NCBI GenBank assembly: GCA_020634315.1
Contig: JACKBV010000002.1
Span: 165,286-229,285, forward strand
Reading direction: 5' to 3'
Length of the DNA: 64,000 bases
From: Ardenticatenaceae bacterium
Lineage (GTDB): Bacteria > Chloroflexota > Anaerolineae > Promineifilales > Promineifilaceae
Position 1 is the first letter of the stretch. Every line of letters begins with the position of its first letter. The notes beneath the pieces are model-generated. The model was not told where the DNA came from. It was given only the letters and a program-made list of their open reading frames with translations, and did no database searches. Below are positions 1-10,388 of the stretch, piece by piece. Both the position numbers and the translations under genes were made by a program.

Positions 1-5
1 AAGAA

Positions 6-338
6 TTGGGGTTAGGCATTGATCAGATGATCGAAGACATGGTGCAGGCTGGTCATGACCCGCCCACATTTCAAGCCATGCCCCATTTATTTACCGTAAC
101 ACTTTCCAATAAGCAAGAACGGCCGATTACCCCACGCTGGACACATAGCATGAACGAGCGCCAAACAAGAGCACTGGCGTTTATTCGTGAAAATGGTAGT
201 ATCACCAATCGAGATTACAAACAACTGTGCCCGAACGTTTCTTCCGAGACGCTGCGACGCGATTTGGCAGATTTGGTTGAACGGGGCATTGTCTTAAAAA
301 TTGGCTCTAAAAAGGGAACCAACTACATTTTGAAGTAA
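6..338 (+). CDS. 3' fragment of a winged-helix (HTH) regulator, RecG-C-terminal/Fic-associated type; the 5' end lies outside the window
   Basis: ORF runs to the window edge. The C-terminal 60 aa (RALAFIRENGSITNRDYKQLCPNVSSETLRRDLADLVERGIVLKIGSKKGTNY) is a typical wHTH DNA-binding domain. Confidence 0.5.
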   Translation: MGLGIDQMIEDMVQAGHDPPTFQAMPHLFTVTLSNKQERPITPRWTHSMNERQTRALAFIRENGSITNRDYKQLCPNVSSETLRRDLADLVERGIVLKIGSKKGTNYILK

Positions 339-402
339 CCATTGATGCCGCCTAACAGATTCACCATTGTCTGCTTGCGCTGCATCTTACACGCAGTTAT
401 CC

Positions 403-447
403 AAAAATATCCCACATTTTATCCCACATTGAATGTGGGATATTTTT
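403..447 (+). terminator. Rho-independent terminator-like hairpin. It also contains a direct repeat ATCCCACATT x2 and the inverted copy AATGTGGGAT.
   Basis: Stem ATATCCCACATT / AATGTGGGATAT, followed by TTTT. A-run upstream, so potentially bidirectional. Lies immediately upstream of the histidine kinase start. Confidence 0.45.
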
Positions 448-463
448 GGGAAATGAAACGGAC

Positions 464-2647
464 ATGACTTTAACACAGCAATTCATCGTCGTTTCCATAT
501 TCCCCCTCAGCTTTTTGCTCATGATTGCCTATGTATGGCGATCAGAGGTCAAGCAAAGGCCCCTGTTAATGCGTTGGTCATTAACGCTTGTTGTGGCTGC
601 CATTTGGGCTAGCAGTTTGCTGCGTTTGTATGGCGGTCTGGCCTTTACCCCAGCCATTATTTTCACCTGGCAAGTAGCTGGCAATTACGCGCTCAACCTG
701 ATGGCGCTTGGCGTTTTGTTGACAACGGTTACATATTTGTCCACTCCGCATGAACGCAGCCTCCTTGTCATTGGCGTCAGTGGATTGTTCATCGTGTTTA
801 GCCTGGTCATCGATCCAAACATTTGGGGCAAATATATCCCAGATTTCACACTGGCAAATCAAAATATACGCCATTTTGATTTGTGGGCGGCTGTATGGAT
901 CGTGAGTTGGCTGCTGCCGCTGTTGTCAGCCTGGCTGGTGACGCGACAGGTAAGCACGTCCCTTCCCCTCTCGTTATATCGCAACAAAATTAGCTATTGG
1001 TCGCTCATGTTGTTTTTGTTGTTTGGCGGCGGCGCGCTGGCCTCTGTGCAACAACCAAACCAACCCGCCTGGCAAGAACTGGGGCTGTTGTTCATTTTAC
1101 CGGCGATGCTCTTGGGAACGATTAGCATTGCACGCAGTCAACTCCCCGACTTGCAGCTGGCGCTGCGACAAATTTTGCGCCGCCTCTCAGGGACGCTCAT
1201 TATTTTTGGGCTGACTTGGGTGGCGCTTTGGTTCATTACCGAGCGTTTGGAAGAGATTCCCCTGGCTATCAGTCCCAATTTGTTGCTAGTCCTGACGGCG
1301 GCATTGTTTGCCGGTATGTTCACCTTAACTTATCGGCTGGTGAACGATGTTACCCGTCGTCTGTTTTTGCCGTCGGCGGCGCAGCAGGCCGTCGTCATGA
1401 CAGACTACGCGAACATTGTGGGTTATTTGCCGGAACCCAAACAGCTAGGACGCCTATTTTTAGGTGTTATTGGAAGCAACATCGCGGTGCCGGAAATGTG
1501 GCTGCTGATTACCGAGTCGGGACCGGGGGGACAGTTGATTTTACGGCCGTTAACGCACATCGGTTCCGCGCCACCAGCAACAATTACATTTGCCAGCGAC
1601 AGCCCATTTGCCGCTTATTTACATAAAAGCACCCTGCCCCTGGTGCAATATGACATCGACATTTTGCGCGATTTTGCACACATGTCGGCAGATGAAAAAG
1701 AGATGGTCGCCAGTTGGCAGCGCGTGGTTTACATGCCACTTCGTGCAGGGGATTCTCTCATTGGCGTGTTAGCCTTAGGTGCCAAAAAGTTAGGCGAACT
1801 TTACAGCCAGGCTGACTTCCAAATGATGCAATCATTGGTGATCCAGTTTGGTCCCTTGCTGGCGCAGTCGCGCAATCTGGACAGCCTGCTACAGGTTAAT
1901 GAGCATGTGTTCCAGCAAAATCAACGCCTGTCGCAAGACAAACAACATTTGCAAACGCTGGCTGAGTTGTATGGGCAGTTTATGCAGCATATTTCGCCGG
2001 ATTTGAAACGGCCGTTTCGCACCCTCAGCGAACAGCTATCCCGACTGCGCAGCAAAACAGAAGATGCCGCCGTGCAAAACGAAATCACAGCCATCGAACA
2101 GCAGCTGGTGCAGACACAAATGCCGCTGGACAAACTCATCAACACAGCCGCACACCTGCAAAATCGCGCACAATTCAACTTTGACACCGTGCAATTAGAC
2201 GAAATTGCCCGCAAAGTCCAACGACAACTCAACAACATGGCAAATGCACGCCGCGTCCGCATGGAGCTTGAAACCGGTACATCCCTCTCACCCATCCTTG
2301 CCGATGCCGAACAACTCACCGAAGCCGTGCGCCATGTGATCCATAACGCCATCAAATTCAACAAAATTGGTGGCGTGGTGACAATCACCTGTGGCACGGC
2401 TGGCAGCGAAGTGTTTTTGCGCGTGCTCGATACCGGTGTGGGCATTCCCCAAGAGCGGTTAACATCCATTTGGGAAGGATTCGCCACAACCTACAACAAC
2501 GAAACAGAGCATGGACGCAAAGCGAATCTGGGATTGACCTTGACGCACTTTATCGTCACCGCACATGGCGGTCGCGTAGAAGCAGAAAGCAAATACGGTT
2601 CAGGCAGCAAATTTTCCATCTATTTGCCGCTGTTATTAAAGGAATAA
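464..2647 (+). CDS. Sensor histidine kinase with a multi-pass membrane domain, GAF-like region, coiled coil and HisKA/HATPase_c core
   Basis: ORF track begins at TTG 446; the first ATG is 464. About 6 TM helices at the N-terminus. H-box-like FMQHISPDLKRPF. ATPase motifs HNAIKFNKIGGVVTI, DTGVGIP and GLGLTLT. No cognate response regulator adjacent. Confidence 0.8.
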   Translation: MTLTQQFIVVSIFPLSFLLMIAYVWRSEVKQRPLLMRWSLTLVVAAIWASSLLRLYGGLAFTPAIIFTWQVAGNYALNLMALGVLLTTVTYLSTPHERSLLVIGVSGLFIVFSLVIDPNIWGKYIPDFTLANQNIRHFDLWAAVWIVSWLLPLLSAWLVTRQVSTSLPLSLYRNKISYWSLMLFLLFGGGALASVQQPNQPAWQELGLLFILPAMLLGTISIARSQLPDLQLALRQILRRLSGTLIIFGLTWVALWFITERLEEIPLAISPNLLLVLTAALFAGMFTLTYRLVNDVTRRLFLPSAAQQAVVMTDYANIVGYLPEPKQLGRLFLGVIGSNIAVPEMWLLITESGPGGQLILRPLTHIGSAPPATITFASDSPFAAYLHKSTLPLVQYDIDILRDFAHMSADEKEMVASWQRVVYMPLRAGDSLIGVLALGAKKLGELYSQADFQMMQSLVIQFGPLLAQSRNLDSLLQVNEHVFQQNQRLSQDKQHLQTLAELYGQFMQHISPDLKRPFRTLSEQLSRLRSKTEDAAVQNEITAIEQQLVQTQMPLDKLINTAAHLQNRAQFNFDTVQLDEIARKVQRQLNNMANARRVRMELETGTSLSPILADAEQLTEAVRHVIHNAIKFNKIGGVVTITCGTAGSEVFLRVLDTGVGIPQERLTSIWEGFATTYNNETEHGRKANLGLTLTHFIVTAHGGRVEAESKYGSGSKFSIYLPLLLKE

Positions 2648-2663
2648 GGAGAAGGGCAAGGAA

Positions 2664-5600
2664 TTGAATTTCACAACGCCATTGGCGCTGCTGCTCCTCT
2701 GTGTCATTCCTTACTTTTTCTGGTTAGGTCGGCCACGCACAACCATGCGGCGCTGGCGCGACTGGGTTAGTTTAGGGCTGCGCGTCCTAATCATTTTGCT
2801 GCTTACGCTCAGTTTAGCCGGCGCGCAAACTGTACGCGCCGCCGATGAATTGGCTGTCGTTTTTCTCGTCGATGCATCTGACTCCATCAACGCCGAACAG
2901 GCGGCACAAGCAGAAACCTTTGTGCGTGAAGCCATCGCCACGATGACGCCAAATGATCAAGCGGCGGTCATCTTGTTTGGCGCAAACGCCCTGGTTGAGC
3001 GCCCCATGAGCGGGCTGGCGGAATTAGCGCCCGTCACCTCTGTGCCCCAAGCTTTACACACCGATCTCGCCGAAGCCATTCGGCTGGGGATGGCTTTATT
3101 CCCGGCGGGAAGCGCCCGGCGCATGGTCATTCTCAGCGATGGCATGGCAACACTCGGCGATACAACCGCTGCCGCGCAATTAGCCGCCGCCAGCCAGGTA
3201 CAGGTTGATTTTGTGCATCTGTCACGCCAGGCGGGAGCCGTAGAAGCGTTACTGACGCGTGTCGATGCGCCGACGCGCGTCGTGCAGGGAGAAACCTTTC
3301 GCATTGATGTCACGGCCGAAAGCACAAGCGACATGCAGGCCAGTTTACGCGTCCTCGCTGGCGGCCAAATCGTTCACGAAGAGACGGTGGCGCTGCGTTC
3401 CGGCACAAACAACTTCACCATTCCCCTGCGGGCGACGGCACAAGAATTCGCCCGTTATCAAGTCCAACTGCTGCCAACGGCCGATACGTATTACCAAAAC
3501 AACGAACTGGCCGCTTTTACCGAAATTATGGGGCCGCCACGCATCCTGATTGTGGCTAATGATGGGACGACGGCCGACGATGGCACGCCCCTTCCTGATG
3601 AATCGCCCCAGTTGCGGTTGGCCTTGGAAGCCGCCGGATTGGAAGTTGACCAAACGACACCCGCTAAACTATCGGCGAATCTGGCAGAATTGAGCAATTA
3701 CGCCAGCATTGTGCTGGTAAATGTCAATGCCAAAAATTTGACGCCGCGCAAAATGGAAGCATTGCAAACATATGTGCGCGACTTGGGCGGCGGGCTGGTT
3801 GCCGTTGGCGGGCCAACGAGTTATGGCATGGGCGGTTATTTCCGCACCCCGCTTGAAGAGACATTGCCGGTAGACATGCAAATTAAGGATCAAGAGCGCT
3901 TCCCATCGGTGAGTATCGTCATTGTTATTGACCGGTCTGGCAGCATGGGCGCCACAGAAGGAGGCGTGACGAAGATTCAGTTAGCCGCCGAAGGGGCGAT
4001 ACGTGTCGTGGAATTGCTGAATGATTTTGACGAAATTACAGTCATTCCAGTTGACACAGCGCCGGATAATCCGATTGGGCCATTACCAGCCAGCGATAAG
4101 GAAACGGCCGTTGGCTTGATTCGCCAAATTGGCGCTGGGGGTGGCGGCATTTATGTGCGTACCGGGTTGGAAGCGGCCGCCGAGGCATTGGCGGGCAGTT
4201 CCAATCAGGTTAAGCACATCATTTTACTGGCAGATGGCTCGGATTCGGAACAAAAAGAGGGCGTGCCGGAATTGATTGCCGGATTGACGGCGGAAAATGT
4301 GACGATTTCTACGGTCAGCATTGGGCAAGGGCCGGATACGGTGTGGTTGCAGCAAATGGCAGAGTTGGGAAACGGCCGTTTTCACTTCACCGATCAGGCC
4401 GCCAACTTGCCGCAAATCTTCACACAGGAAACCACGTCCATCCAACGCAGTTATTTGGTTGAAGAGCGCTTTTTCCCCAGCCTGGGCAGCAGCAGCCCCA
4501 TTTTGGCAGGAATAACGGCCGTACCGCCGCTGTATGGGTATGTGGGAACCAGCCCAAAAGGGACGGCGCAAGTCATTTTGAAAACACACATGGATGATCC
4601 GCTGCTGGCCGCGTGGCAATATGGTTTGGGTCGCGCCGTAGCCTGGACATCGGATGCCACTGGCCGTTGGGCCACAGATTGGGTGCGTTGGGATGGATTC
4701 CCGGCATTTTGGGCGCAAACGGTGCGCTGGACGATTGCGCAGGGGTTAAACAGTAATGTGGAAACGGCCGTTACGCTGCAAGAAGAACAGGCTTCGTTAA
4801 CCGTCAACGTGCGCGGCAGCGACAACTCTTTTCTCAACAACCTGATCATGGAAGCCAATGTCGTTGCCCCCGATGGCGTCGTCACCAATCTCACCTTGTC
4901 GCAAACAGCGCCCGGACAATATGCTGGGGCATTTACACCGGAAACGGAAGGCGCATACTTGATTCGCGTGGCGGGCGGCAGTGCCGCTGAAGGGGATGAT
5001 ACGGCCGTTGCGCAAACAATGGGCTGGGTATTGGGCTACTCACCAGAGTACCAACAATTTGAGAGTGATCCGTTCTTGCTGACGACGCTCGCCGAGCTGA
5101 CAGAAGGGCGGGATTTGACGAGTGAAGCGGATGCGGTAACGGCCGTATTCGACCACACCCTCCCCAGCCAAACGGCAACACGCCCAATTTGGCCCTGGTT
5201 AACGCTAGCCGCTGTGGTGCTGCTCCCCTTCGACATTGCTACGCGCCGACTAGTCATTACGCGCCGCGATTGGCAGCGTGCCTGGGCAGCAACCTTTGGA
5301 CGATTACGGCCGCAGGTGGTGCAGCCCACCGCCAGACCAGAGCAAGTATCACGCCTCTTCCAGGCGAAAGAACGTGCCAGCACACAAAGCACAGCTGAAA
5401 CGACAAATCAACCAACATCGTCTGGCTCATCCACACCCGTTACACCAACACCTGCTGCACCGACCAACGCGCCAGCCCAACCAACGACACCCCCTCCCGC
5501 AAAACCATCACAGGCACCAACCACACCCCCATCTGGCACACTGGCGTCTCGTTTATTGGCGAAAAAACGAGACCAAGACGAGTCGCCTGACGCCAAATAA
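2664..5600 (+). CDS. Membrane-anchored protein with two von Willebrand factor A domains and a Pro/Thr-rich C-terminal tail (BatA/BatB-like)
   Basis: AAGGAG Shine-Dalgarno 12 nt upstream of TTG 2664. N-terminal TM. MIDAS-like DxSxS motifs VVFLVDASDSI and IVIVIDRSGSM. A C-terminal TM then a PTTPxP-rich tail. Confidence 0.75.
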   Translation: MNFTTPLALLLLCVIPYFFWLGRPRTTMRRWRDWVSLGLRVLIILLLTLSLAGAQTVRAADELAVVFLVDASDSINAEQAAQAETFVREAIATMTPNDQAAVILFGANALVERPMSGLAELAPVTSVPQALHTDLAEAIRLGMALFPAGSARRMVILSDGMATLGDTTAAAQLAAASQVQVDFVHLSRQAGAVEALLTRVDAPTRVVQGETFRIDVTAESTSDMQASLRVLAGGQIVHEETVALRSGTNNFTIPLRATAQEFARYQVQLLPTADTYYQNNELAAFTEIMGPPRILIVANDGTTADDGTPLPDESPQLRLALEAAGLEVDQTTPAKLSANLAELSNYASIVLVNVNAKNLTPRKMEALQTYVRDLGGGLVAVGGPTSYGMGGYFRTPLEETLPVDMQIKDQERFPSVSIVIVIDRSGSMGATEGGVTKIQLAAEGAIRVVELLNDFDEITVIPVDTAPDNPIGPLPASDKETAVGLIRQIGAGGGGIYVRTGLEAAAEALAGSSNQVKHIILLADGSDSEQKEGVPELIAGLTAENVTISTVSIGQGPDTVWLQQMAELGNGRFHFTDQAANLPQIFTQETTSIQRSYLVEERFFPSLGSSSPILAGITAVPPLYGYVGTSPKGTAQVILKTHMDDPLLAAWQYGLGRAVAWTSDATGRWATDWVRWDGFPAFWAQTVRWTIAQGLNSNVETAVTLQEEQASLTVNVRGSDNSFLNNLIMEANVVAPDGVVTNLTLSQTAPGQYAGAFTPETEGAYLIRVAGGSAAEGDDTAVAQTMGWVLGYSPEYQQFESDPFLLTTLAELTEGRDLTSEADAVTAVFDHTLPSQTATRPIWPWLTLAAVVLLPFDIATRRLVITRRDWQRAWAATFGRLRPQVVQPTARPEQVSRLFQAKERASTQSTAETTNQPTSSGSSTPVTPTPAAPTNAPAQPTTPPPAKPSQAPTTPPSGTLASRLLAKKRDQDESPDAK

Positions 5601-5850
5601 AGACGCCTCTACACCCCGCAAACTCCCTTCTCGCTGCCGTCAAATAGCAATCTCTTAAATAAACATCCTCTCTCTATGTAGGATGGTGTATAATGTGTGT
5701 ATAGTACAAAAGTCATACTAGAACACCCTGTGGCACCTGCAAAATAGAGGGCCAAATCACCAAAATTTAGTTCACTTTACAGTCTTAATATTAATTGAAA
5801 CCTTTCTCAGTTAACCTGAAAATCTTAGAAGTTAGGAAGGAGTACACAAA

Positions 5851-7506
5851 ATGAAAAAGGCGATTGTTTTGGCGATTCTGTTACTGGCATTAACGGCCGT
5901 CACAGGGTTCACCGTCACTGCATCACACACAATTCCTGTGATTGTCCAGGCAGAAAACGTAGAAACGGCCGTAACAGTGGCTCAGTCATATGGTGCGCAA
6001 GTACACGAGCAACTTGACATCATCAATGCTGTATCTGCTGATCTGCCACAGACGCAACTCGCGGCACTAAGCGCTGATTCGCGTGTTGTCCAGGTCATTG
6101 TTGACGATAAAGCCACCATTGCCAGTGGTGGTGGATTTGGAACCCCGCCCGATTCTTACTCTCCCGAAGTGATGGGAGTTGATCAGGTTTGGGACAGCGG
6201 CATTACTGGCAGCGGTGTCACCGTCGCCGTTATTGACACCGGCATCGCCTTTCACCCCAATGCATCCCAATACATCCTTGCCCGTTATGATGCACTCGAT
6301 AATGGCCCATTGCGCCCAGACCCACATGGTCATGGCACAATGATGACCAGCATCATTGGCAACCCCTCAGAAGACAGCGATGGATATTTGGGTGTAGCCC
6401 CCAACGTCAAATATGTCGATGTTCGCGTTCTGGATGAAAATGGCAGCGGCACATACACTGACATCATCGAAGGGCTAAACTGGGTTCTGGCAAACAAAGA
6501 CACCTATAACATCCGCGTCGCCAATCTTTCACTGGTTGCCAGCATTGAAGGCCCTTATTGGGATAACCCCATCAACCAAGCTGTAGAAGCTTTATGGGAT
6601 GCTGGTGTTGTGGTTGTCGCCGCGGCCGGTAATGGCGGGCCAAATGCCCTCACAATTGCCACGCCCGGCAACGATCCCTTTATCATCACAGTGGGAGCAT
6701 TCACCGACAACTATACGCCAGCAGATGAAAGTGACGATTACGTCACGCCATTTAGCGGCGCTGGCCCAACTGAATCCGGTTTCATTAAACCAGATGTCAT
6801 TGCACCAGGAGCACACATTATTACCATGGCTCGCCCCTCGGCAGCATGGCCGCAAGAACACCCAGACGCCCATCTATATGGCTATTACTACGAAATTGCC
6901 GGTACATCCGCCTCATCAGCAGCCGTAAGTGGTGTGGTAGCCCTCATGTTGCAAGCCAATCCTGACATGACGCCAAATCAGGTTAAATATGCACTGATGA
7001 CCTCTGCACGGCCGGCTACATATGCCGATGGAACATTAGCCTGGAGTGTTTACCAGCAAGGCACTGGGCGCGTTTGGGCACCAGCCGCCGTTCTGACTCC
7101 TCCTGCGGGTGAAGCCAATGGTAACATGGTTCCCGGTGAAGCCTATGTTGGCCCTGTTGTCTATCGTGATGGGCAATTCCGCCTGGTTGATGAAGTAGGC
7201 GAAACTATTCCAGACGCTGACAGCTATATCTGGGACGGTACATATGATTCTAGCGCCAGCGGCTATGCCTGGGTTGGCGGTTATGCCTGGGTTGGCGGCT
7301 ACGCCTGGGTTGGTGGTTATGCCTGGGTTGGCAGCTTTGACTGGATACCGTTAGAAACAGGCGATAACTGGCAAAGCGGTTATACTTGGGCAGGCGAGGA
7401 AGGCTGGGTTGGTGGCTACGCCTGGGTTGGTGGCTACGCCTGGGTTGGCGGCTACGCCTGGGTCGGTAATTACATCCTTCCGGCACTGCTTGACGCTAGC
7501 GAGTGA
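5851..7506 (+). CDS. Secreted subtilisin-like serine protease (peptidase S8) with a C-terminal GGYAWVG heptapeptide repeat region
   Basis: Signal peptide. Catalytic triad blocks VAVIDTGI (Asp), HGHGTMMTSIIG (His) and GTSASSAAVSGVVALM (Ser). GGAAGGAG Shine-Dalgarno before ATG 5851. Confidence 0.85.
   Translation: MKKAIVLAILLLALTAVTGFTVTASHTIPVIVQAENVETAVTVAQSYGAQVHEQLDIINAVSADLPQTQLAALSADSRVVQVIVDDKATIASGGGFGTPPDSYSPEVMGVDQVWDSGITGSGVTVAVIDTGIAFHPNASQYILARYDALDNGPLRPDPHGHGTMMTSIIGNPSEDSDGYLGVAPNVKYVDVRVLDENGSGTYTDIIEGLNWVLANKDTYNIRVANLSLVASIEGPYWDNPINQAVEALWDAGVVVVAAAGNGGPNALTIATPGNDPFIITVGAFTDNYTPADESDDYVTPFSGAGPTESGFIKPDVIAPGAHIITMARPSAAWPQEHPDAHLYGYYYEIAGTSASSAAVSGVVALMLQANPDMTPNQVKYALMTSARPATYADGTLAWSVYQQGTGRVWAPAAVLTPPAGEANGNMVPGEAYVGPVVYRDGQFRLVDEVGETIPDADSYIWDGTYDSSASGYAWVGGYAWVGGYAWVGGYAWVGSFDWIPLETGDNWQSGYTWAGEEGWVGGYAWVGGYAWVGGYAWVGNYILPALLDASE
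7255..7470 (+). repeat. Tandem 21-bp in-frame repeats (GGYTAYGCCTGGGTTGGYGGY; 4 + 3 copies) encoding (GYAWVGG)n within the S8 protease C-terminus
   Basis: Direct reading at 7261-7335 and 7409-7469. Protein reads GYAWVGGYAWVGGYAWVGGYAWVGS ... GWVGGYAWVGGYAWVGGYAWVGNY. Confidence 0.8.
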
Positions 7507-7734
7507 TGACGGAACTCCTTTCTAGTCATCGGGGAGTTTGAAAAGTAAGTCTGTTAAGGCTTTCTGTTGTGAACGTTGGTAAAAATCTGACGCATTTACT
7601 CGATATTCAACATCATCGAATTCGGGTAAATGCGTCACAATCTGTACAAAGGTTACTGTCAAACATATGCTGCTGTTTTGTTTCATCAATCAAGCTCAAA
7701 TTGTAACTTTTGTCGATTTTATTTGATCATCCAC

Positions 7735-9240
7735 GTGCCTCCAGTGTCTCATTCTAACTCACCTGTCACCGCACGAAACATATATCTGACTGTTGTCAGT
7801 TTGTTTGGCATTGGCCTTGTTGTTTATGGCCTTATCTCATTACCCAGTTTCGAATCTCCAACTAACTTTCTATTATTGGTTCTGCTTGGCATTTCAGCTC
7901 AAATTACCTCAACGGTTCTTTCAGGTGGGGATATTGCTGTTGAAGTGAGTACGGCCGTTAGCATGGCGACCCTCTCCCTCTATGGGCGCGAAGCCGGGGT
8001 ATTGGTGGCGGCGTCCGCACTCATCACGCTTTCCGTGCTCAGCCTGCGGGCAAATTGGCCTGGATGGGCGCGTGCCGTCGAACGTATTGGCTTCAACATT
8101 GGCATGGGTACCATCTCCATCTTTTTGGCCGGAACCCTGTTTGACCTTCTCAACGCCTTAAACACACAGAATCTTGTGGTGCAAACCTTCATATCCTGGC
8201 TTAGCGCGGCCATTGTCAATGATCAGATTAACTTGTGGCTGCTGATTGCCCTGCTGCATCTGCAAAGCCAGGCCGATCCGCGTAAACTGTGGCACCAAAA
8301 CAAATGGGCGATCCCTATTAACGTGCTCGTTATGAGTGCGGGTGGCGGCGTCCTTGCTTTTGCCGTAGAACAATTTGACATCATTGGGATGGGCATCTTT
8401 TTTCTCCCCATTGTTTTGTCAGCATACGCTTTTCGTCTGTATGTCAACCAGACAAAACAGCAAATGGAACGGCTTGAAGAACTGGTGGCCGCACGGACAA
8501 ATGATTTGCGTGCGGCCAACGCAGAGTTGGCAGAACTCCACAAGACCAAGGATGCATATCTTGCCGTTTTAACGCATGATATGCGCACGCCATTAAGCAG
8601 CATCAAGGGATATGCTTCCGTTTTGAGTAAAGGGAATTTAGCCGAGGATCAACAAAGGCATATCGCTAAAATCCTTACGCGCAGCCAGGACTCTCTCATG
8701 GAAATTGTGAATAACATCCTTGAGATTGAAAATTTGCAATCTGGCACGCCCATAGAATTAGATCGCACTGATTTTGATCTGGCATATCTGATCGTTCTTG
8801 TCAGCGAAACGATTCAAGCGCAGGCACGGGAAAAGAATATTAGCTTGCAGTATGACGAGAATCCAACAGAAATCAATGTGAATGGCGACCGCGAAAAAAT
8901 AAAACGTGTGTTGACAAATCTCATTGCCAATGCGGTGAAATATACAGAAGAAAATGGCACCGTTACAGCGAAGGCTCGCGTAGAAGACGGGTATGCCGTT
9001 GTTGATGTTGTCGACACAGGCTATGGCATTCCTGCGGACGAATTACCGTATATTTTTGATCGGTTCCGCCGTGTCAAAGGGCATCGGCATATCGCTGTGG
9101 GAACAGGCTTGGGGCTGGCTATTGTGAAAAGCCTGGTTGAAGCGCATCAAGGCCAAATTTTAGTGACCAGTGAAGAAGGTGCTGGCAGCACCTTTACCAT
9201 GAAATTACCCCTACAAACAGATGATGCTCTGGTAGCATAA
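7735..9240 (+). CDS. Membrane sensor histidine kinase (HisKA + HATPase_c)
   Basis: LTHDMRTPLSSIKGYASVL H-box. NLIANAVKYT, DTGYGIP and GTGLGLAIVKSL ATPase boxes. Several N-terminal TM helices. The start is uncertain: the ORF is open from 7630, with an in-frame GTG at 7735. Confidence 0.7.
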   Translation: MPPVSHSNSPVTARNIYLTVVSLFGIGLVVYGLISLPSFESPTNFLLLVLLGISAQITSTVLSGGDIAVEVSTAVSMATLSLYGREAGVLVAASALITLSVLSLRANWPGWARAVERIGFNIGMGTISIFLAGTLFDLLNALNTQNLVVQTFISWLSAAIVNDQINLWLLIALLHLQSQADPRKLWHQNKWAIPINVLVMSAGGGVLAFAVEQFDIIGMGIFFLPIVLSAYAFRLYVNQTKQQMERLEELVAARTNDLRAANAELAELHKTKDAYLAVLTHDMRTPLSSIKGYASVLSKGNLAEDQQRHIAKILTRSQDSLMEIVNNILEIENLQSGTPIELDRTDFDLAYLIVLVSETIQAQAREKNISLQYDENPTEINVNGDREKIKRVLTNLIANAVKYTEENGTVTAKARVEDGYAVVDVVDTGYGIPADELPYIFDRFRRVKGHRHIAVGTGLGLAIVKSLVEAHQGQILVTSEEGAGSTFTMKLPLQTDDALVA

Positions 9241-9274
9241 AGTAACAATTGACTTCATGCGATTCTGGATAAGG

Positions 9275-9303
9275 GCTAGATCAGGAATTGATCTAGTTTT
9301 TCG
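9275..9303 (+). terminator. Rho-independent terminator after the histidine kinase
   Basis: CTAGATCAGG-AATTG-ATCTAG hairpin followed by TTTTTCG. Confidence 0.55.
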
Positions 9304-9326
9304 TATTCTTTGTTTTTAATCTGGTT

Positions 9327-9359
9327 AGAGGGGTTCAATTTTGGAAATTGAACCCCTCT
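9327..9359. other. Perfect 14-bp-arm inverted repeat (AGAGGGGTTCAATT TTGGA AATTGAACCCCTCT) between convergent genes. No U-tail on either strand.
   Basis: Seen directly. Possibly a protein-binding palindrome or a tail-less terminator. Confidence 0.4.
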
Positions 9360-9392
9360 AAAGATTATGTACACTTGTTAAGCGTTGGGTTT

Positions 9393-10349
9393 TTATGCGG
9401 AGGCGATGAAGGAATATCCCACGGGGACATCTTCACGGGTGAAGGTGGCGGTTAGCCAGACGCGGCGAATGGTGAGGAGGGGGGAGATGGCGGCGTGTTC
9501 GTTGTCGGATAACGGCCGTTCCGAGTAATACCCCGCAAAAAACGCTTCCGTCAAGTCTTGCGAGACATTCAGCAAATCGGTGTTCTGCAAAAAGGCGGCA
9601 ATGTCATAGGCACGCCAACCGGGGCCACACAGGTCAAAGTTGAAGAACGTCAGGTTATCATCATCGCGGAAGAACGTATTGTTGCTGTGGAAATCGCCGC
9701 CAATTGGCCCCCAGCTATCTTCTGTGTAATAGGGGTTGCGGATAATCTCCAAAATTTCCTCTTTCGCTTCGGCGGCCGATGTCACAAGCAAGTCCAGGTC
9801 TCGCCGCCGTTCGGGACGATCTCCCCAAATGCGCTGCAAACGTGCCACCGGTCGATCTACGAGAAATTCCAGATTCATCTCTTGCCGCTTGTAATCGGTC
9901 TGGAAGTTGTTGGAGACCTTATGGATTTTTGCCATCGCCGCGCCCAGCGCATAGAGCTGGTTTTCATTGCGCGGATTCATTGGCTGTCCTTCGGCAAAGC
10001 TGAACAATGCATAGTAGCGTGTGCCTTCGGGAGCTTCGACTTTATTGAGGAAACGGCCGTCTGCGCGGCGAATAGGATACGACACCGGCAACCCCTGTTC
10101 ACGCAAAAAGTCGAGCCAGGCTAGTTCATACTCGTAATCAGATTCCTGCCGCAGCAAATGCGACCCTTCCTGATAAACACGCAGCGCGTATTTGCGGTCG
10201 CCAACCAGGACCCTGTAATGGTCATTGTCTTGAGTGCGCAGCATCTTGCTAAACAGGCGGCACTGAATTGGCTCCTTAAACTCATATTCTTGTGCAATCA
10301 ACTCTGCCAGCGCATCGCCAGCAATAAATGAACGTGTAATACGGATCAT
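9393..10349 (-). CDS. Phosphotransferase-family kinase (APH/ChoK/homoserine kinase II-like)
   Basis: Brenner-like motif GGDFHSNNTFF. Overall APH-fold pattern DxxxxN ... CGPGWRAYDIAAF. GGAGGA Shine-Dalgarno upstream. Co-directional with and 40 bp downstream of the LLM gene. Confidence 0.65.
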   Translation of the reverse strand: MIRITRSFIAGDALAELIAQEYEFKEPIQCRLFSKMLRTQDNDHYRVLVGDRKYALRVYQEGSHLLRQESDYEYELAWLDFLREQGLPVSYPIRRADGRFLNKVEAPEGTRYYALFSFAEGQPMNPRNENQLYALGAAMAKIHKVSNNFQTDYKRQEMNLEFLVDRPVARLQRIWGDRPERRRDLDLLVTSAAEAKEEILEIIRNPYYTEDSWGPIGGDFHSNNTFFRDDDNLTFFNFDLCGPGWRAYDIAAFLQNTDLLNVSQDLTEAFFAGYYSERPLSDNEHAAISPLLTIRRVWLTATFTREDVPVGYSFIASA

Positions 10350-10388
10350 GGTCTGTCGTTATCCTCCAGTTGATAAACGATTCGCGTT

